DNA of 64,000 bases from Acidobacteriota bacterium (lineage in GTDB: Bacteria; Acidobacteriota; UBA890; WLXD01): positions 416,001 through 480,000 of the forward strand of contig CBDBHB010000008.1 of the NCBI GenBank assembly GCA_965205505.1. Direction: 5' to 3'. Under the pieces are notes generated by a model. The model saw nothing but the letters and a program-made list of their open reading frames with translations. It did no database searches and was not told where the DNA came from. The translations under genes were made by a program, and so were the position numbers. Shown one piece after another: positions 7,721-16,300 of this stretch; positions within the stretch are counted from its first letter, which is position 1, and every line of letters begins with the position of its first letter.

Positions 7721-10441
7721 CTACTCGAGCCCTTGCGGAGCTCCTTGCCAAACGGCCCCGGCCCAACGGAAAGGCTCACCAGGATATCGTTCTCGCAGCG
7801 CCTTCTTTGCCGCCGCGAGACTGGCCGCCCCCGATTCTGGTCCACCAGCGGAATAGAAGAACTGTCCGAGCTCGCCAGCAGTGCGCTCGTCCAGTGGCCA
7901 CAGACTACCGACGACGTTGCGGCTCCCCGCGGCCATGAAAGCATCGGCGAGGCTAGTCGGGAGCCCGCCCCAGTCGCCAGCGCCGAGAATTGTCGCCCGC
8001 GCCGTGTCGCAGCCGAGAAGCACCACGGTCGCCCCTTCAAGATCGAGCGCGGCGATCTCAGCGAAGCTCAGGAAACCGTTGTGCGAAATGGATGGGCGCA
8101 ACGTTAGCCCGCCTGCATCCTTTCCGGCGCTCGGCGGACGTGAATGTCCGCCGAAATGGATCAGGCTGCTCTTGGCTGCTTGGTCTACGAAGGCTGCTTC
8201 GGTGGCGTCGGCTCCCAGGAATGCGCGACCCGAGCTGCGCGCGAGAATACCTTCCACCTCAGGCAGGGCAGTTGCCCTCCCGCTGGGTATGAACGCCACG
8301 GCCAAATGTCCGCGCGGCCGGCGATGCATCGAACGATCCAAGTCAGAGATTGTACGCGCGCGGGCGAATACGATCCTATCCCCGTAAAAGCCGTTGAGCG
8401 GCACCATGGAAGGCAGCGAGTCCAAAGGGAGCGTTGCCAACCCTCCACCCGGGAGAACGATAAGAGTCTGTAGCCCATCGAGCCAACCTACAGCCTCGAC
8501 TCGATGCATCGTCAATCGAGCAAGTTGCCATCCGAGCTGTCTCCAGGCGCTGTTCGGACGGGCGGTGCTTACGCTCTCAACCCAAAGATCGGCGGCACCC
8601 TGAATCTCAGCGGCCGACGCGGCCAACCGCATCGCATGAACTTCCGACGACCGTACTAGCCACACCCAAGCCTCAGTATCCAGGAACCGAAACGTCACTA
8701 TTGCTTCGTCTGCCTCCAGGTGGGTTTGGAGGTGAGCCAATCGGATCGACCGTTCGTCGCGCAGGCTACTTCGGGATCGATCAAGAGCCTCTAGTCCCGC
8801 CGCCCACCTCCCGGCGTCAAGCTCGAGGCGCGCCCGACGCCTTCCGAGGCCTTCCCATGCAGACAAGGCACTCAGCCGGGTCGCAAAGTCACCTACCTCG
8901 GCGATCCATTTCCCGAGTTCTACCTCCGCCCTGGCGTAGGCCTGGACTGCGAACTCCGGGCGCCCCGCTTTCTCGGCTAACACAGCATCCGCCGTCGCTT
9001 GCGCCAAGGGGAAGGGGGCGCCGCTCGCCGGGAGATTGGAGACAAGATCCGGCGAGTCGAGCTTCCACAAACCGAAGTCGGCGTGACCGATCTCCAGATT
9101 GGTAAGTATGACCAGCGTGCGCGCAGAATCCGACGCACGCATAGCGCTCAAGTGCGCTTTGCGCAGATGATCAACTACCTCTACTGACCGAGAGGATGCC
9201 GACGCCAAGCGGGCGCGTTCGAGCCAGATCCGCGTTTCGAGTTCCGCCGAAGACTCGGTCTCGCCGATTGCCGCGAGCCGCGCGCGCGCTTCGGCGGTTC
9301 TGCCGAAAGCACGCAAAGCCGCGACCCTCATGAGTTCAATACGAGTCGCGGCGTCGTGGCGCCCCAATCGGTTCGCAGCCCATGCGCCGCGATCGAGTGT
9401 CTCCTCCAACGCGTGCCAGCGACCGAGAAAAAGGAGCAACGGTGCTGCAACATCAGCGAACCGCGCAATCAGAATAGGGGAGCTATCTTGTCGTGGGATC
9501 GTGGCAAGCCGCTCGTAGACAGCGATCGCTGGCTCCAATTCGCCCTTGCTCCAGAGTTCGGCAAGGCGCTGGAGCCGACAGTCGACAGCTAGCTGCGGGG
9601 CAGTTCCATCGAGCGCATCGCACACCGTCGGGAAGCTATCGCGATCCGCTGGGGACTGAAATGACTGAACGAGGCTCAAGTACACTCCCCGCCGATCGCC
9701 GGCGCGGGTCGATCGGCGTCTCGCCTCGCGTGCAAGTACCGACGCACGTTGTGTCCAACCTTTCGCGGAATCGATTGCGGCAACGACGGTCAAGTAGTCG
9801 GCGAGCCCAGAGACGGACCCCGACGCAACAGCTTCTCGCAATCCCTCCCAGGCGAGCTGGGCGCCGCGCTGCGGTAGCGCCGCCGCCACTAACCGGACGA
9901 ACCGATAGGAATGGGCGTGCTGCTCCGGGTACCCGAGATGAATCGACTCGGGCAGAGCGTCCCCGAGCTTCGCGAACGCATCAACAACACCGGCGGGGCC
10001 GCTTCTAAGGAGTCCGGCCACCGCAGTCAGCACTACGGCGTGGCGGCGCGCGCGCCCGTGCGATCCGGGACGCAGAGCAAGCATCGATACTTCCTGCGCT
10101 TGTCCGAGCTCCAGCGACAGTTCGGCCAGCGCTGCGCGAACGGCAATGCCGGGGCGTCGCCTGTTCATCGCCAACGCAACCTGATGCGCTTCCGCAAGCA
10201 GTCCGATATCCGATGCCACCGACGCAAACCCGAGGCCTGCTCGCAGATTCCGCGGCTCCCGGATCATGGTGTGTGCGTACTTCGACAACGCTCTCCGCGA
10301 CTGGCCGCGCTGCCGAGCCCGAGTCGCCTCCTCGAGGGCTGCGCTTCCGGGCAAGGCCGGTAGTGCGCTGCCCCACAACACCGGAAGATCGGCTCGCGCG
10401 CCGCCGCCGTCGGACGCTCCTGCGACGAAGAGGAAGAGCAC
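7721..10441 (-). CDS. TPR/helical-repeat CHAT-domain (caspase-like) protease
   Basis: 'LIVLPGGGLATLP', 'LIHFGGH' (His), 'VVLLGCDT' (Cys), 'AFMAAGSRNVVGSLWPL', 'PFRWAG'; start uncertain. Confidence 0.88.
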   Translation of the reverse strand: MLFLFVAGASDGGGARADLPVLWGSALPALPGSAALEEATRARQRGQSRRALSKYAHTMIREPRNLRAGLGFASVASDIGLLAEAHQVALAMNRRRPGIAVRAALAELSLELGQAQEVSMLALRPGSHGRARRHAVVLTAVAGLLRSGPAGVVDAFAKLGDALPESIHLGYPEQHAHSYRFVRLVAAALPQRGAQLAWEGLREAVASGSVSGLADYLTVVAAIDSAKGWTQRASVLAREARRRSTRAGDRRGVYLSLVQSFQSPADRDSFPTVCDALDGTAPQLAVDCRLQRLAELWSKGELEPAIAVYERLATIPRQDSSPILIARFADVAAPLLLFLGRWHALEETLDRGAWAANRLGRHDAATRIELMRVAALRAFGRTAEARARLAAIGETESSAELETRIWLERARLASASSRSVEVVDHLRKAHLSAMRASDSARTLVILTNLEIGHADFGLWKLDSPDLVSNLPASGAPFPLAQATADAVLAEKAGRPEFAVQAYARAEVELGKWIAEVGDFATRLSALSAWEGLGRRRARLELDAGRWAAGLEALDRSRSSLRDERSIRLAHLQTHLEADEAIVTFRFLDTEAWVWLVRSSEVHAMRLAASAAEIQGAADLWVESVSTARPNSAWRQLGWQLARLTMHRVEAVGWLDGLQTLIVLPGGGLATLPLDSLPSMVPLNGFYGDRIVFARARTISDLDRSMHRRPRGHLAVAFIPSGRATALPEVEGILARSSGRAFLGADATEAAFVDQAAKSSLIHFGGHSRPPSAGKDAGGLTLRPSISHNGFLSFAEIAALDLEGATVVLLGCDTARATILGAGDWGGLPTSLADAFMAAGSRNVVGSLWPLDERTAGELGQFFYSAGGPESGAASLAAAKKALRERYPGEPFRWAGAVWQGAPQGLE

Positions 10442-10481
10442 GGCGAGGTACAGATTGCCGGCCGTTGAGGGACTCCTCCAG

Positions 10482-11174
10482 CTACTGATGGCTCATTTCC
10501 ATTTCCCCCATTCCCGATCGGCCGACGCGCGAGTGACCAGCCCAAGCATCGATCGCCCAGTACACTCGCCGCGTTTCCTGACGAATCGATAGATCAATTG
10601 CGGTGGCCCGTGCCGTGAGCGTTCGCTCTGCCAACAGCCGACCTTCGCTGTTCCAGGCGCGCACGGTATAGCGATCTACGCCTGGCACTTCGCGCCACAC
10701 TAGCCTCAAGGTCTCGGTCGCGGGCTCGAAAGTCGCGGTAGCTATCAACATTATGGTTTGCCCACGCAGTTCACCACCCTGAGGTAGCTGCACCGGTGTT
10801 GCCAGGAAGGCCCCGATACACACGCCAAGTCCGGCGAGGAGCGCTGCCACGACTCGACGAGGCCGGTCCCGAATGAACGAGGGTAGATGAGCTTGCGACA
10901 CTCCGCGCCGTCTGTGTGAAGAGCGGCGAGTTTGCCTGATCGCTGGTGGGCCGCCGCGGCCGAGCAGTCCAACACTCGGCTCTGCCGTCGGGTCGAAGAT
11001 CTCCTCGGCACATGCCCCGAGCAGCGTCGCAACGGCGTCGAGTTCGCCGGCAATCCGGGCGCATTTTCCACACTGACTCAGGTGGCGTAGACCAACCGGA
11101 TCGGAGGACAGAACCCATTCGGCCAACATCTGGGGCTCTGGGCACGCCGGGGTCCGCGATGCGGTCGAACTCAT
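10482..11174 (-). CDS. Zinc-finger (HxxxCxxC) anti-sigma-like membrane protein with an Ig/FN3-like C-terminus
   Basis: 'CPEPQML...HLSQCGKC', one TM, beta-rich C-terminus; ATGA overlap with the sigma gene. Confidence 0.75.
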   Translation of the reverse strand: MSSTASRTPACPEPQMLAEWVLSSDPVGLRHLSQCGKCARIAGELDAVATLLGACAEEIFDPTAEPSVGLLGRGGPPAIRQTRRSSHRRRGVSQAHLPSFIRDRPRRVVAALLAGLGVCIGAFLATPVQLPQGGELRGQTIMLIATATFEPATETLRLVWREVPGVDRYTVRAWNSEGRLLAERTLTARATAIDLSIRQETRRVYWAIDAWAGHSRVGRSGMGEMEMSHQ

Positions 11175-12070
11175 CTGAGCGCCTCCATCAGTATCGGCCG
11201 GGTGCCAAAATCGCCAAGTCGGAGACCCGCAGCAAGCAGGTCTTCGCGAAGCGCCGCCAAGCCCCTTGCCTGAAGCTCATACACCTGTTTGTAGTTCTCT
11301 ATCTCGAGAAACACGGCTATCTTTCGTGCCGACATGCCGTGGCGAAATCGCAGACTCACAGCGGTCCGCTCGGCCTTCGTCAGTCTCCCTATCGCTTCGC
11401 GGAGCACAACCACAGCACGCTCCTGTGTAACCAACTCCTCCGGGGCAACCGTGGAGGCGGCCAGTTCGCGAACTCTCTTGGGTTCTCCGTCCCGCGATTC
11501 CGCGTCCAGCGACACCATGCTGCCGCGTCCGGGACCAGCGAGGGTCAACCGCCAGTGATGATCACGGCTGAGCGCCTCGCGGATAACCGCCAGGCTCTCC
11601 TCTACCTCCGTTTCCGTGCACTTGATCCCGTGATTGGTCCTCAGCATCTGCGCAACCTCATGGGCCGAGTACCCTTCCCAGTAGTAGTACCGAAACACCA
11701 TGCGGCGCACCCGCGGCAAGGCCTGGACACCGAGGTACATGCGTCGTCGACCACGCGAAGTTCGAATCCACTCGCGACCGAGATTGAACGTCACGGCGGC
11801 CAACCACGTCGTGAACTTGCAAGCGCCGCTAGGACCGCTTCCCCTGAACTGCTTCACTCGCCTGCAATCCTCGGCCCTCAGTCGTTCGCAGACATGAGCG
11901 TATGATCTCCATTCGCTCGTCGTAGTGCCGTGTCAAGCGCCGGATACAAGCGAACAGAAACGGTGAGAACTCCTCGATGAATGGTTTCCATGCCTCCGCG
12001 CCGTGACGGAAAACCTCCGCAACCGCATCAGGCAGGGCGGCCGCTGGAGACGTGCCTCGTAACGATTCCG
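11171..12070 (-). CDS. ECF-type sigma-70 factor with a 1-nt frameshift near 11903; start approximate
   Basis: 'AWKPFIEEFSPFL...ERMEI' joins 'YAHVCERLRAEDCRRVKQFRG..KFTTWL' in another frame; region 4 'LTKAERTAVSLRFRHGMSARKIA'. Confidence 0.8.
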
Positions 12071-12423
12071 CTATCGCATCGCCGACAGGCTCGCTCGCAT
12101 TCGCCCTCTTCGGACTGGCACGCGACACGCCCCGGCAGGGTGCGGTGGGATCTGGATCTTCAGCCAGAGGTTCAGTCGGCACCGAGTAACTCGCTTTTAG
12201 CCTTGGGTGCGTCACGCCCGTCGTGACCCTCAACAGAGGTGGACGGCCGTCAAGCCAGTGGTTCCCTGTAGAAACCCGCCAGCGCCACGGATTCCGACCG
12301 ATTCGGGCGCCATCACATGCAACCCTTCGAAGCGCCGGCGCCACTCACACTCGAATCGTCGGGCTGCGGCACCACGACGCGCCGCGCCCGCTCACCAGAC
12401 TCTCTCCGGACAAGGTGGCGACC

Positions 12424-12954
12424 ATGCGACTTCGTAGACCTAGGCGGCTCCTGCAAATCGCTCTGATCCTCGGCCTGTTGACAGCCCCGACAGTGGCACC
12501 GGCAGCAGAGCCCGACGCTGCCGGCCAGCTGTTCGGGCAGTTCAAGTCGCTCGAGGGCTCCTGGCAGGCCGAGAGCACCGCCGGTTGGAACGAGGTGAGC
12601 ACCTTCGAGCTCATCGCGCGCGGCTCGGTGGTGATGTCCTCCGTGTCGTTCCGCGATGCTCCCGACCGCAAAATGGTGACGATGTACTACCTCGACGGCA
12701 CCGAGCTGGTGGCAGTCCACTACTGCGAGGCCCGCAACCAGCCGGCGCTACGGGCCACCGAGCTCGATGCCGAGGCCGGCACGGTTACCTTCACGTTTGC
12801 CGGTGGTGGCAACATTCCGACGCGCGATCACGGGCACATGGACAGCGCGGTCTACCGCTTCATCGACGAGGACAGCTTCACATCGCGCTGGACCTGGTTT
12901 CAGGACGGCGAGGAACAGTGGCTCGAAGATGTCCAGTATCGGCGCATCGACTAA
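12424..12954 (+). CDS. Secreted hypothetical beta-barrel protein
   Basis: Signal peptide, 'FKSLEGSW', 'MVTMYYLDGTELVAVHYCEARNQP'. Confidence 0.7.
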   Translation: MRLRRPRRLLQIALILGLLTAPTVAPAAEPDAAGQLFGQFKSLEGSWQAESTAGWNEVSTFELIARGSVVMSSVSFRDAPDRKMVTMYYLDGTELVAVHYCEARNQPALRATELDAEAGTVTFTFAGGGNIPTRDHGHMDSAVYRFIDEDSFTSRWTWFQDGEEQWLEDVQYRRID

Positions 12955-12970
12955 ACGCCACCCGCGGCAA

Positions 12971-13519
12971 GTGAGCACCGACCAGGCGCCCGACCGCTTA
13001 CTCGTGGAGGCCTATCTGCGCGACCGCTCGGAGCGCGCCTTCAGGCAGCTGTACCGGCGGCACGCGAGCTCGCTGTATAGGTTCGCGCTGCTGCGAGTGG
13101 GTGCTGACGGCGCCGAGGACGTCGTGCAGGAAACCTGGATTCGGGCGGCGCAGCAGCTGCACCGGTTCCAGTGGCAGGCCTCGTTGCGTAGCTGGCTCAC
13201 CGGCATCGCGCTCAACTGCTGCCGCGAGGTCTGGCGGAAACAGCAGCGTTCACCTCCGCCAGCGGACGCGAGCCAAACTCTGGCGCGCGGCGAGGGTCTG
13301 CGCCTCGATCTGGCGCGTGCGGTGGAGGAGCTGCCGGAGCGCGCTCGCGAGGTGCTGATGCTGCACGACGTTTAGGGCTTCACGCATCTGGAGATCGGCG
13401 CCACTCTCGGCATCGAGGCGGGCACCTCCAAGAGCCAACTGTCGCGGGCCCGGGCCGCGTTGCGGGCGCTCCTCGACACCAGCCCCCTTGACCAGAAAGG
13501 AACACCCCGACATGGATGA
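12971..13519 (+). pseudogene. ECF sigma factor (RpoE/SigW-like) with an in-frame TAG at 13373-13375
   Basis: 'AFRQLYRRH', 'AEDVVQETW', 'LRSWLTGIALN', 'LMLHDV*GFTHLEIGATLGIEAGTSKSQLSRAR'. Confidence 0.85.
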
Positions 13520-14078
13520 TCAGCTGAGTAGCGAGGAGCGTGAGCAGCTCGCGGCGCTGGGCAAGCACTTGCAGCCGCCGGCCGGGTTGGAAGACCGAGT
13601 GGCGGCAGCGCTGCGCCAGCGCAAGCTGATTGCGGCGCCACCGGGATGGTCGCTACTTTGGCGCCTCACCGCCGCGGCGGCAGCGGCGACCGTGGTATTC
13701 GCGGCGTTCGCCCTCGGCGTGCGATACGAACGCTCCGCACCGGCGCCGGCGCCCGAAGGCCGCCGCTTCCTGCTCATGCTGCTGGAGCCGGCCGACGCAC
13801 CGTTGCCCGCCGCCGAGGAGGCAGCGCGGGGTGTCGAGTACCGCGACTGGGCCGGTGAGCTGGCACGCAACGGCCTGCTGGATGCCGGCGAGAAGCTCGC
13901 CTGGGATGGCAACGTGGTGAGTGGCACCGGAATCCCGGTGGCGCCCGTTGCGGAGCGCGTCACCGGCTTCTTCATCGTCCGCGCCGCCTCGCTCGATGAG
14001 GCCCTGGGACTGGCGCGCGAGTGCCCCCATGTGGTGCACGGCGGCCGCGTCGAGGTGCGCGAGATCGAGCCCACCTGA
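13512..14078 (+). CDS. Anti-sigma-like TM protein with a C-terminal YciI domain
   Basis: TM segment, then 'RFLLML...VTGFFIVRAASLDEALGLARECPH...VEVREIE'. Confidence 0.8.
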   Translation: MDDQLSSEEREQLAALGKHLQPPAGLEDRVAAALRQRKLIAAPPGWSLLWRLTAAAAAATVVFAAFALGVRYERSAPAPAPEGRRFLLMLLEPADAPLPAAEEAARGVEYRDWAGELARNGLLDAGEKLAWDGNVVSGTGIPVAPVAERVTGFFIVRAASLDEALGLARECPHVVHGGRVEVREIEPT

Positions 14079-14271
14079 GCGTCGACGCCGGTACTGTCGA
14101 GTCAAGGACGCGACACTCGGATTCGGGCGAGTCGCGGCCCGCCGCCAGGCTGCGTGGCAGCAGAGTCGGATCGGCGCGGCGCGCGACAACGTGGAGGAGT
14201 TACAACAGCGCCCCGGCTGAGCGCGGGCCGCGTTGGATGGTCCAGAGACAGCAAGGGATAGACTGACCCGG

Positions 14272-15061
14272 ATGAGCCCCAAGACACTACGGGCAGTCTT
14301 TCATCCCGAGGAATTCGAGCCCTTTCCCGGTCTGACCGACGCCGCCGAGTTCGGCCGTATGTGGGCTGAGAACCGAGCGTGTGTGCTAGCGAACCTGGCA
14401 CACGCTGCCTACCTCGACAAAGCGCCGCTCACAGAGGTAATTCGCAAGATCGGAGCGCCGTGCCCCGAGCTCTACAATCGCCACGGTGCCCAGGCCTTCC
14501 TGGTCGTTTGGCATGACATGGCGGTCCTTTCGTTTCGAGGCTCGGAGCCTTCAGAGGGTTCGCCAGCTGAGGACGGCGGCAGCGGCCGCAAGGGGCTCAA
14601 CCTCTGGGCCTGCCTGTCGGGCGCCTTCCACAACGACGTCGTGGCCGATCTCAGATTCCGCAAAAGTAGCGCTCGAAGGAACGCCTGGCGCCAAGATTCA
14701 CAGAGGCTTCCTGAGAGAGATCGACAAGCTATGGGAACCGCTGATTCTGAAAGATCTAGGGCAAATCGCCGGGATCCCCGTTTGGGTTACCGGGCACAGC
14801 CTGGGCGCGGCGATGGCAACCCTAGCGGCCATGCGTCACCCTTTCGAGGGCGTCGTGACCTTCGGGTCACCGCGCGTTGGTCGCGGTCTTGATGGCGCCT
14901 TTCAGGCAAGCGGTCATCGTCGCTTCGTCAACGGCAGCGACCCGGTGCCACGGCTGCCGCCCAAGCTGTTCGGCTATCGACATCACGCGCCGGCTACACG
15001 AATCGGTGACCCCGATGGCGGCTCCGACTTTCGATACGAACCCCGTCACGATCCGACATGA
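14272..15061 (+). pseudogene. Class 3 lipase, frameshifted near 14665 and truncated at the 3' end
   Basis: 'VLSFRGSE', 'IHRGF', 'VWVTGHSLGAAMA', 'VTFGSPRVG', 'RFVNGSDPVPRLP'. Confidence 0.8.
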
Positions 15062-16040
15062 AGGCGATGCGCGACTCGTCTGGTGAGAAAGAGGCATAGC
15101 CGTCGTCGGCGGTGTTGTCGGTCAGCCTCCAGCTACGTGCGCCGTCGAGATCGACGAGCAACAACTCGTACTTGCCGGCGCCGTGCAGCCCGAAGTCGGT
15201 GTCGTGGATGATCCGGGTGCCCTCGGGCGACCACTTCGGGTAACCGTCGGGGGCACTGCGCTGCGTGATGCGGCGCGCATCCGAGCCGTCGGCGCGCATG
15301 ACCCAGATGTCGGTGTTGCCGCCGCGACTCGACTCGAACAGGATCCGGGTGCCGTCGGGAGAGAAGGAAGGAAACGCCTCGGTCTCCGGCGTATGGGTCA
15401 GCCGGCGCTTGTCGGCACCATCGGCGCGCATTACGTAGATCTCCGGATTGCCGTGGCGTTCCGACTCGAAGGTGATCTGCCGACCGTCCGGCGACCAGGA
15501 GGGCCAGTCGTCCACGGCCGCGTGGCTGGTGAGGCGCAAAGGCGCCGAGCCGTCTACCTCGACCAGGTAAAGCTCCGGATTACCATCCCCGTCTGCCGCG
15601 AAGGCGATCATCGCGTCGTCCGGTGACCACTGCGGGAAGCCGGCGCGCACCTGCAGAGCGCTCAGCCGGCGCGGGCTCGAGCCGTCCCCCGCCATCACCC
15701 AGAGCTCCGATGTACCATCGCGGTCCGACACGAAGGCGATGTGGTCGCCGTGGTTGGACCAGGAGGGCCAAGCGTCGTGGCCCGGGTGGCGGGTGAGGTT
15801 CCTCTGGCCGGAGCCGTCGGCCTCCATCAGGTAGATCTCGCTGTTGCCGTCACGTTCGGAGCGGAACACGATCCTCGAGCCGTCGCCCTGGCCGGCGAGC
15901 CTCACCGAGACCATGAGCACCCCGGGTCGGAAGGCACCCTCCAGCACGGCGGGCGCCCCCGGGACGGTCGCTGCGAGGACGGCGACGAGAGCGAACGTCG
16001 CAACCACGATCATCGACGCATCGGATTCTTCGTTCACCAC
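14994..16040 (-). CDS. TolB-like PD40 beta-propeller protein; C-terminus probably truncated
   Basis: Repeated 'PSWSPDG..I.F.S.R.GN.EIY.M.ADG' units. Confidence 0.9.
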   Translation of the reverse strand: MVNEESDASMIVVATFALVAVLAATVPGAPAVLEGAFRPGVLMVSVRLAGQGDGSRIVFRSERDGNSEIYLMEADGSGQRNLTRHPGHDAWPSWSNHGDHIAFVSDRDGTSELWVMAGDGSSPRRLSALQVRAGFPQWSPDDAMIAFAADGDGNPELYLVEVDGSAPLRLTSHAAVDDWPSWSPDGRQITFESERHGNPEIYVMRADGADKRRLTHTPETEAFPSFSPDGTRILFESSRGGNTDIWVMRADGSDARRITQRSAPDGYPKWSPEGTRIIHDTDFGLHGAGKYELLLVDLDGARSWRLTDNTADDGYASFSPDESRIAFMSDRDGVRIESRSRHRGHRFV

Positions 16041-16189
16041 GCGACACTCAACGGCCGCGCGGCGGCGATGTCAACAGTCGCGCAACGATCTCACCGGGTC
16101 GGTGGGGCTGAGCTCGAAGAGCAGCGCTCCCAGCCAGCCCGCCGTGGCCCAGTAGGCGGACCTCGTGCAGCTTTGCGCGGTCGCCTGTC

Positions 16190-16240
16190 ATGCGTTTCAT
16201 GCATGGAAGACGTTCCTTATATGCATTTTATAAATGCGTT
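16190..16240. promoter_or_regulatory. LysR-type T-N11-A dyad plus an AT-rich dyad upstream of the ADOP gene
   Basis: ATGCGTTTCATGCAT at 16190-16204; ATGCATTTTATAAATGCGT from 16221. Confidence 0.5.
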
Positions 16241-16300
16241 GCGCCTTGTTAGGTTCGTCCCTCCGGCCTTGATCTCAGCAATCCTCTGGCGAGTACGCCC

